Part shown: piece by piece, positions 57,677-64,000 of the stretch
Numbering within the stretch: the first letter of the stretch is position 1
How the letters are laid out: each line of letters begins with the position of its first letter
Source of the DNA: Chthonomonas calidirosea
Lineage (GTDB): Bacteria > Armatimonadota > Fimbriimonadia > Fimbriimonadales > Fimbriimonadaceae
Assembly (NCBI GenBank): GCA_945859975.1
Contig: CAMAPH010000011.1
Location: forward strand, 1-64,000
Length of the DNA stretch: 64,000 nucleotides
Direction: 5' to 3'
Made by a program: the position numbers and the translations under genes
Notes under the pieces: model-generated
Told to the model about the DNA's origin: nothing
What the model saw: the letters and a program-made list of their open reading frames with translations, nothing else
Database searches by the model: none

Positions 57677-58543
57677 TCAGCGTCCGCCGGCAAGAATTAG
57701 CGCGGCCATTTTCAACTTCTCGGCCTTGGTTGTTCGGGCCCGTCCGGAAAAAACGTCGTAGCCACGCTCCTCAATCTTCTCAAGAATCTTCGAATAAAGC
57801 GCTCGAGCCAGCCGCACCGGCAATCTTGACCTCGCCGGCAAAGCCGGAATTCCCAAATCGGCCTGCGCATAAAGTTGCCGGGTCCGATCGATCTCAAACC
57901 GCATGAGATCCACAAACTGTGGCGTCATCTTTCCAGCAAGGAGATCTGCCTCAGATACGCCAAACCGCCGCAGGTCCTCCCCGGGCACGTAAATCCGCCC
58001 CCGGCCCGCATCTTCCCCAATATCACGGAGGAAGTTCGTCATCTGCATGGCGTCCCCCAGAGACTTTGCGGCGGAAATCGTAGCCTCCTGAGTCTCGGCA
58101 CCCACCACGTAACACATCATCGCCCCCACCGCCGCCGCGCTACCCTTGGTGTAAGCAAGCAGGTCTTCAAAGGTCTCGTACCGCGCAACCGTCAGGTCCT
58201 GCTCCATAGCATCCAGAAACTCCAGCGGTTCCTGCATCGGAATCTCGCACTCGCGAACCGTATCGCAAAACGCCCGGAGCACCGGGGAATCTGGCCGGAC
58301 GCCCTCGACTCCCGCCAGCAGCTCTGCCCGGTAACTCGCCAGTTGCGCACGCTGTTCGTCCAGAGAATTTGTGCCCGGGTTGTCAACCATCTCATCCGGC
58401 ACGCGGACAAAGGCATAGAGCGCGTTCACCCGGCGGCGAATCTTTGCCGGAAACCACTGCGACGCAAAATAGTAGGTCGTTCCGAAATGCGCGTGCAACT
58501 CGCGACACGCTTCGTAGTCTTCCTTCGTTGCGTACGGACCCAT
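57677..58543 (-). CDS. crtB: Phytoene synthase
   Basis: LYAFVRVPDEMVD, LGDAMQMTNFLRDIGEDAGRGRIYVP. Confidence 0.93.
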   Translation of the reverse strand: MGPYATKEDYEACRELHAHFGTTYYFASQWFPAKIRRRVNALYAFVRVPDEMVDNPGTNSLDEQRAQLASYRAELLAGVEGVRPDSPVLRAFCDTVRECEIPMQEPLEFLDAMEQDLTVARYETFEDLLAYTKGSAAAVGAMMCYVVGAETQEATISAAKSLGDAMQMTNFLRDIGEDAGRGRIYVPGEDLRRFGVSEADLLAGKMTPQFVDLMRFEIDRTRQLYAQADLGIPALPARSRLPVRLARALYSKILEKIEERGYDVFSGRARTTKAEKLKMAALILAGGR

Positions 58544-58576
58544 CCGGCTATAGCCTACGCGACCGAACTCGATTTG

Positions 58577-59269
58577 TCACCGCTTCCACGGTTGAAACTT
58601 GCGAACATCGAGCCTTTCGTTCACATCTCCCGTTCCCGCGCTCAGCAATTGAAAGGCAGTCCGGTCGTGCCGAATCAGCGTAGCGGATTGATCGAGGAGC
58701 TTTGCGACCGCCAATCGGGCATCGCGCTGAATCGTGTCGGATGGCGGCATCGGTTGCCCAAAGACGACAAAACACTCCGGTCGTTCATGAAGGCTCATCT
58801 CATACCGAATAGCGACCGGCACGACCGACTGAACCCCGCCTTTCCGGGCCACAAAGGAAAGCGCATCCCCAAAAGGCAGCAACTCCGGCGGTCGGTGCAA
58901 CTCAGATTCGGCGAAAAGTAGCAAGTTACGCTCCCCGGATTTCAAGCGGCGCACCGTTTGCCGAATCGTCGCTGCTCTTCCGGCTGCGTCGTCTCGAGGA
59001 AAAGGCATTCCCCCGACTTTGGCAAAAAGCGGGAACGAATCGAACTCCGTGATCCAATCCAAAAACGGCCAGCCCAGCTTCGTTAGGGCAAGGTACATGA
59101 CGTATCCGTCGTGCCAACCGTGGTGGTTCGGGGTGATGATGCACGCTTGGGCAACTGGCTCGGAGGGCGGAATCCAGTACACGCCGTGAAACGCTTTCCG
59201 CACGCTTCGGCGAATCATGCCATCCACCAGCCGGCCCAAAAAGCCTTTCGCCTGCGCCGGTGAACTCAT
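58577..59269 (-). CDS. PlsC-like acyltransferase, probable carotenoid-glycoside acyltransferase (CruD-like)
   Basis: PNHHGWHDG (HxxxxD), LFAES, VVPVAIRYE; located between crt genes. Confidence 0.7.
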   Translation of the reverse strand: MSSPAQAKGFLGRLVDGMIRRSVRKAFHGVYWIPPSEPVAQACIITPNHHGWHDGYVMYLALTKLGWPFLDWITEFDSFPLFAKVGGMPFPRDDAAGRAATIRQTVRRLKSGERNLLLFAESELHRPPELLPFGDALSFVARKGGVQSVVPVAIRYEMSLHERPECFVVFGQPMPPSDTIQRDARLAVAKLLDQSATLIRHDRTAFQLLSAGTGDVNERLDVRKFQPWKR

Positions 59270-59293
59270 GCCTACAGTCTGACCAACCCGGAC

Positions 59294-60742
59294 TTACAAG
59301 TACCCGTCTTTCAACAACCGATCTTCCACAAGCTCCGCCCCGATCAAAACCATCGGCAGTCCATTCCCGGGCACGGTGCTTGCGCCGACATAGTAAAGCC
59401 CGGGGTTCGCCTTGTCCTTGTTGTTCGGCCGGAAGCAGATGCTCTGTAGCAGGTCGTGGCTCAATCCGAACGCGGCCCCTTTGTCGAGGCCCAGTTTGTT
59501 CTTCCAGTCGTGCGGCGTATAGCTCGCCATGCCGCGAATGTTCTCGCGACGGAAGCTTGTTTCCTTTTCGAGTCGCGTGAACACCTTGTCTCGCAGAATC
59601 TCGGCGTCCGCATCGGTAAATGGATGATCCAGGTTTGGACACGGAATCAGCAGATACAGATTCTGGTGCCCTTCTGGCGCTTTTGTCTTGTCGGTCTTGC
59701 AAGAGATCGCGGTGTAAAAAGCTGGATCGCTCGGGATTTCGTGCTTGTTAAAAATCTGGTCAAGGTTCTGGAAGAAGTCGCCACCGATGGTGATGTTGTG
59801 GTGCAGCAGCTCTGGCAGCTCCCCCTCGTAGTCGCAGTAAATCGTCAGAGCCGAGCACGAGTACCGTCGCTCGACATCCTTCTTCACCGGAATCAGGCTC
59901 TTCTCGGCCGTTGGCAGGTCTGCATTGCAAATGACGGCATCGGCAGTGAGAACTTCGCCAGATTCCAGCGTCACCGACTTGCCGTCCACCTTCACCACTT
60001 TCGTGTTCAGCCGAATCTCCGCGCCTCGCTCTTGCGCCAGCCGGGCCACCGCTCGCGGAATCTGCACCATGCCGCCATCCGGATACCAAATCCCTTCGCC
60101 GTACTCCATATACACCAGCACCGCGTAAACGTACGGCGCGTCGTAAGGACTCAGGCCCAGATACATGGTTTGCAGGCAAAACAGGTGATGGAGCCGCTTG
60201 TCGTCAAAAGTCCGCTCGACTTCCTTCGCCAAGTTGCTCAGCATGTTGTGCTTAAGCGCAAGTTGCAGTGCCTTAGGAGAAGCCAAATCCAGCACCGAAT
60301 CGTAGTTTCTGCGCACAAATTTCGGAATCGAGTCCTGATATAATCCGCCGAGTCGCCCGATGAACTCGGGGTACTTGGCGGCATCGGCATCGCCCGCAAG
60401 CTCCTGGATGTTCCGCCGCATCAGGGCCATGTTGCTCGTGCAGTTCAGGCGATTTCCGTCCGAGAAGAAAACGCGATAGTTCGGGTCACAGAGCGAAATC
60501 GAAAGGTGGTCGGAGAACTTCTCCCCGACATCCCGGAAGAGTTTCTCGAACGGGTCGAGCATCATCAGCAACGTCGGGCCCGCATCGAAGACGCACTCGT
60601 TTACTCGGACTTCTCGATCTCGGCCGCCCACTTGGTCGGTTTGCTCAAGGACCGTCACCTTGTGCCCCCGATGGGCCAGTCGCAGCGCGGTTGCCAATCC
60701 GCCTAATCCCGCTCCGACAACAATGAACTCACGCTTTGGCAC
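59294..60742 (-). CDS. crtI: Phytoene desaturase family protein
   Basis: VVGAGLGGL, FDAGPT, MYLGLSP, GIWYPDGG, YYVGASTVPGNGLPMVL. Confidence 0.88.
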   Translation of the reverse strand: MPKREFIVVGAGLGGLATALRLAHRGHKVTVLEQTDQVGGRDREVRVNECVFDAGPTLLMMLDPFEKLFRDVGEKFSDHLSISLCDPNYRVFFSDGNRLNCTSNMALMRRNIQELAGDADAAKYPEFIGRLGGLYQDSIPKFVRRNYDSVLDLASPKALQLALKHNMLSNLAKEVERTFDDKRLHHLFCLQTMYLGLSPYDAPYVYAVLVYMEYGEGIWYPDGGMVQIPRAVARLAQERGAEIRLNTKVVKVDGKSVTLESGEVLTADAVICNADLPTAEKSLIPVKKDVERRYSCSALTIYCDYEGELPELLHHNITIGGDFFQNLDQIFNKHEIPSDPAFYTAISCKTDKTKAPEGHQNLYLLIPCPNLDHPFTDADAEILRDKVFTRLEKETSFRRENIRGMASYTPHDWKNKLGLDKGAAFGLSHDLLQSICFRPNNKDKANPGLYYVGASTVPGNGLPMVLIGAELVEDRLLKDGYL

Positions 60743-60750
60743 GGTTCAAT

Positions 60751-61416
60751 CTACAGCCTAAAGGCGAGGTCTAACAGCAACAGCCCGACCATCAGCCCCA
60801 AGTGCCCCACCAAAACGACCCAGCCGCGTCGATCTGCGGGCAATCCAGCCCGCTGCAATGCAAACGCGCCAAGTCCAGAAATCACCCACCAAGCAAAGAA
60901 GTTCGCCACGGGCACGTTGCCCGGCAACGGCCCACCATCGGTCCAAGCCCAGTAGCGCAGGGTGTGCACCGCGACCGGTTCCATCACCAAATCGATGGAC
61001 GCCGCAAGGAGTCCAGCCAAGACGGGATTAGGGATCACTCTCGCAGCGGCGGCGGTGATCATCAGCCAGGCCAGGGGTAGCAAAAGCGGAAAGAAGCCGA
61101 GCCCATTGAGCCAGATCACCGGGAGCCATTGATCGGTGTACTCGTACCGACCAAACGGAAAGCCCGTCGCCAAACCAAGCACTTCGGTAGCTGCACCAAA
61201 AAGCCCAACGCCGATCCCAACCTTCCAAAGTCGAGCATCCACTTCCGTACCGAATGCGACGACCACTCCGGTGGCGATGGTGAGGACGGAACTGACGGGC
61301 CCGATCAGCCCTGGATCCAACTTCAGCGCTCGCGACGCCAACGTTCCGCAAAGTGAAAACACAATCAACCCAACGTAGGCGCGGACTTCCCAGGGAACCG
61401 GCGAACTTGCTTTCAC
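60751..61416 (-). CDS. cruF: Carotenoid 1,2-hydratase (CruF / DUF422 family)
   Basis: EVLGLATGFPFGRYEYT, PLAW, DLVMEPVA...YWAW, VPVANFFAW. Confidence 0.8.
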   Translation of the reverse strand: MKASSPVPWEVRAYVGLIVFSLCGTLASRALKLDPGLIGPVSSVLTIATGVVVAFGTEVDARLWKVGIGVGLFGAATEVLGLATGFPFGRYEYTDQWLPVIWLNGLGFFPLLLPLAWLMITAAAARVIPNPVLAGLLAASIDLVMEPVAVHTLRYWAWTDGGPLPGNVPVANFFAWWVISGLGAFALQRAGLPADRRGWVVLVGHLGLMVGLLLLDLAFRL

Positions 61417-61456
61417 TGACCGGCAAGGTACCCCGTGCTATAATCTGTTCTCACGC

Positions 61457-61547
61457 GGAGAGATGGCTGAGTGGACGAAAGCGCCCGCCTGCTAAGTGGG
61501 TAGAGGATAATATCTTCTCTCGGGTTCGAATCCCGATCTCTCCGCCA
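61457..61547 (+). tRNA. tRNA-Ser (GCT)
   Basis: GGAGAGA/TCTCTCC acceptor stem, anticodon arm CCCGC-CTGCTAA-GTGGG, long variable arm, GGTTCGAATCC, encoded CCA; TATAAT upstream. Confidence 0.97.
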
Positions 61548-61666
61548 GCCTAGTTTCCGATAAAACCCGGTAATTTTTCTGCATTTTCAGGCTGAAGTCC
61601 TTTTTTCCGGTGCATACACGGCTAAGTACCGTCAGATATTCTCAGGGGGTTCTTCTGAGAGAAGGT

Positions 61667-62146
61667 ATGCGAATTTGGAACTGGACGAGCATCTCGGTAT
61701 CGCTCTTGGTTGTCCTTTTGGGCAGCTGTGCGGCCGTGCGTGCACTCAGTCCGCGAAATTCCACCTACATGGCGAAGAAAGCCGTTCCTAAGGTCAGCCA
61801 GTTTTTGGCGCAAATCCAGACCAGAAAGGATCTTCGTCAGCTGGCCGCTAAGATCAAGAACAACTATTTTCAAGGCGACCTCGTTGGCATTTGCCATACG
61901 GGGGGCAAGCCCACCGATGCTGTGACACCGCTTGATGAGCTCACGCTTCGGAGCGTAAAGTCGTTCAACAGCCCGTCCAAAGGAGCCGCATTGGTCGCTC
62001 AGTACGTCCGCGAGTACCGCGTCGGGAACAAGAAGTTCAAGATTTACACGGACGCAAAGCGGCAAGCCAACACCTGGCGAATCAGCAAGGTGACCATCGG
62101 TTGCACAGGCAAAGCAAACGACGGATTCCTGAGCTTTTTCCGATAA
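61667..62146 (+). CDS. Hypothetical exported or lipoprotein
   Basis: ATG after GAAGG, hydrophobic N-terminus ending LLGSC. Confidence 0.5.
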   Translation: MRIWNWTSISVSLLVVLLGSCAAVRALSPRNSTYMAKKAVPKVSQFLAQIQTRKDLRQLAAKIKNNYFQGDLVGICHTGGKPTDAVTPLDELTLRSVKSFNSPSKGAALVAQYVREYRVGNKKFKIYTDAKRQANTWRISKVTIGCTGKANDGFLSFFR

Positions 62147-62246
62147 AATTCCGGCATGACTGAGTATTGATTTACGATTCTGCTGAACCAATCGGCCCGA
62201 CTCGCCGACTATACAAAGGTAGAGTTCTGTTTACCCATTGCTAACC

Positions 62247-63242
62247 ATGCGAGCCCTTCTCCTCCTGACTGCCTTAATCACCTCCGTTGCAGCGGCTCAG
62301 CCAACTGCGGCTGAGTACTTGGCTCAGCGCAAGCGGTACGGCATTACAGAAACCGTTGGCGTACAGGTTTTAGATAAGTTTGTTGGCGCAAAGTTCCTCG
62401 AAATCAAGGGAGCGGTCAAAGGCACCTTCTCTTCTCCCGAGCACGCGGGCGTCTTAATTGAACGGACGAAGGACGACACGATCGCCCTCGAAATCGAGAC
62501 GATTCCCGAGTGGGTCTTTATGCGAGAACTGCCAGCTCGAGCGATTATCCGAGCCGAAAGGACCGAGGAGTACGGCGGGCTTAGATGCACTCTCATCGCC
62601 ATCGCGCCAGCGGAACTTGTTCCAGACCTCGTTATCAAGAAGCCAACCCCACCTGCTTCCAAGGCAAAAGCAACCGCGAAGGCACCGTCCCGATCCGGCG
62701 GTCGAAGAATTCCAAGCACCCCACTCAGCCGTTCGGCCCCGCCCCGAAGCTGGACCCTACCACGTAGCGAGGTTCTTCCCTACTACGTGCAGTTTGTTCG
62801 TAACCAAAATCGCCGCCTGAGCGAACGAGAAGCCACTCGAATCGCCGAAAACATCATCGGCCACTGCCTAAGTCACGGCGTCGACGCCCGCCTGATCATG
62901 GCGATTGTTCTGGTTGAAAGTGGTTTCGATCCGTTCGCCGTTTCAAGCGCCGGAGCAAAGGGCCTCGGTCAGCTCATGCCCGGAACCGCATCCGACCTCG
63001 GCGTCAGTAACCGATTTAACATCGAAGAGAACGTCTACGGCATGGTCAAGCTGATGCGGAAGCACCTCGAGACCTACATTCGCCAAACGGGCGATTCTGG
63101 TCGCGGCATGCAACTCGCCCTCGCCGCCTACAATGCTGGCCCCGGCGCGGTGAAGAAGTACGGCGGAATCCCACCGTACAAACAGACCATCAACTACGTG
63201 AAGAAAATCACGTCGATCTACGCGACCTTGACCGGCAATTAG
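62247..63242 (+). CDS. Lytic transglycosylase (SLT domain), exported
   Basis: AIVLVESGF, SSAGAKGLGQLMPGTA, LALAAYNAGPGAV, YVKKI. Confidence 0.92.
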   Translation: MRALLLLTALITSVAAAQPTAAEYLAQRKRYGITETVGVQVLDKFVGAKFLEIKGAVKGTFSSPEHAGVLIERTKDDTIALEIETIPEWVFMRELPARAIIRAERTEEYGGLRCTLIAIAPAELVPDLVIKKPTPPASKAKATAKAPSRSGGRRIPSTPLSRSAPPRSWTLPRSEVLPYYVQFVRNQNRRLSEREATRIAENIIGHCLSHGVDARLIMAIVLVESGFDPFAVSSAGAKGLGQLMPGTASDLGVSNRFNIEENVYGMVKLMRKHLETYIRQTGDSGRGMQLALAAYNAGPGAVKKYGGIPPYKQTINYVKKITSIYATLTGN

Positions 63243-63589
63243 CGCCGATACGTCAGGGCGTCCATGTCCCGCACCTCAAGCGTAACCGCCACTCCGCCCT
63301 CCTGGTCCGAGAACTCAAAACATCGCTTAAGCTCGGCAAAAACCGTGTCCGCCAGTTTGGCCCGCACTTCCGGAGAACGGCCCGAAAGGATCCCGAGCGT
63401 GCAATGGGCAAACCCTTCCGGGTGCCCCTCGCCGACCATCCAATTCGTACGCAAGGTGTGATAGGCCTTGATTGATGTGGTGGAGATCGACTCCACGGAG
63501 GCAAGCGCGATGATCAGGCGCTCCAAAATCTGAGGAATCTCGCCGTTCTCTTGTAGGTCCGCCGTGGTTTCAAGGTGAATATGCGGCAT
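63239..63589 (-). CDS. 5-carboxymethyl-2-hydroxymuconate isomerase-like tautomerase
   Basis: N-terminal Pro (MPHIHLE), FAHCTLGILSGRSPE, VTLEVRDMD. Confidence 0.78.
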   Translation of the reverse strand: MPHIHLETTADLQENGEIPQILERLIIALASVESISTTSIKAYHTLRTNWMVGEGHPEGFAHCTLGILSGRSPEVRAKLADTVFAELKRCFEFSDQEGGVAVTLEVRDMDALTYRR

Positions 63590-63622
63590 CGTAAGCGCAT
63601 TGTGATCGAATAACCTATGGGC

Positions 63623-64000
63623 ATGGCAGTTGCCGAGACACTATTCATTGGGAAAGGCGATCAGGACGTGCTGCTGCGCCTGAAGTATTCGAACCGCCAC
63701 GGACTGATTGCGGGCGCAACCGGGACCGGCAAAACCGTCACCCTCCAAACCCTTGCCCAAGGCTTCTCGCAAGCGGGCGTGCCGGTGTTTGTGGCGGACG
63801 TGAAAGGTGACCTGAGCGGCATCGCTGTCCCGGGCGGAAACAATCCTCGCGTTGCCGAACGCCTGAAAGAATTCGGGATTGAAGAAAACTTCGTCGGCTG
63901 CCCCGCCACGTTTTGGGATGTATTCGGCAAGCTTGGCCATCCCGTCCGCGCCACCGTCTCTGAGATGGGTCCGCTCTTGCTTAGCCGAATGCTCGACCTG
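63623..64000 (+). CDS. DUF853/YjgR HerA-like P-loop ATPase, 3'-truncated by the window edge
   Basis: Not in the ORF track; reads NRHGLIAGATGTGKTVTLQ...GVPVFVADVKGDLSG...FWDVFG...GHPVRATVSEMGPLLLSRML. Confidence 0.92.
   Translation, partial: MAVAETLFIGKGDQDVLLRLKYSNRHGLIAGATGTGKTVTLQTLAQGFSQAGVPVFVADVKGDLSGIAVPGGNNPRVAERLKEFGIEENFVGCPATFWDVFGKLGHPVRATVSEMGPLLLSRMLDL

Noticed and set aside
61457..62200. tRNA-Ser as an island integration site
   Set aside because: No integrase and no duplicated tRNA 3' end seen in the window

Overview
Bacterial chromosomal window, GC-rich and densely coding. Gene style suggests a diderm Terrabacteria lineage such as Armatimonadota (inference only). Most of it is ordinary: ArnT-like GT (partial), PhyH dioxygenase, GH172/DUF2961, SulP plus beta-carbonic anhydrase, tricorn S41 and M14 peptidases, an amidase, a mixed-orientation Wzx/Wzy polysaccharide locus (15.3-28.9 kb), tatD, an ECF sigma, xerC, fabD-fabG-acpP-fabF, an MFS pump, rnhC, aroF, an SLH/beta-barrel envelope protein, serS, dppA, a DUF433/PIN toxin-antitoxin pair, alkA, a cruF-crtI-acyltransferase-crtB carotenoid cluster, tRNA-Ser(GCT), an SLT and a partial DUF853 ATPase. 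No CRISPR array, rRNA, transposase or prophage was seen. The most unusual items are (1) three tandem ~600-aa membrane paralogues joining a conserved unrecognised exported domain to an M48-like protease scaffold lacking HExxH, (2) a priming phosphoglycosyl transferase with its catalytic motifs altered, (3) a tandem pair of unknown immunity-like paralogues, (4) a stand-alone copy of the amidase C-terminal domain behind a long palindrome, (5) a candidate leader peptide before the MFS pump, and (6) frequent TANNNT motifs 5-8 nt before start codons. All family calls come from reading motifs by eye; no searches were run.
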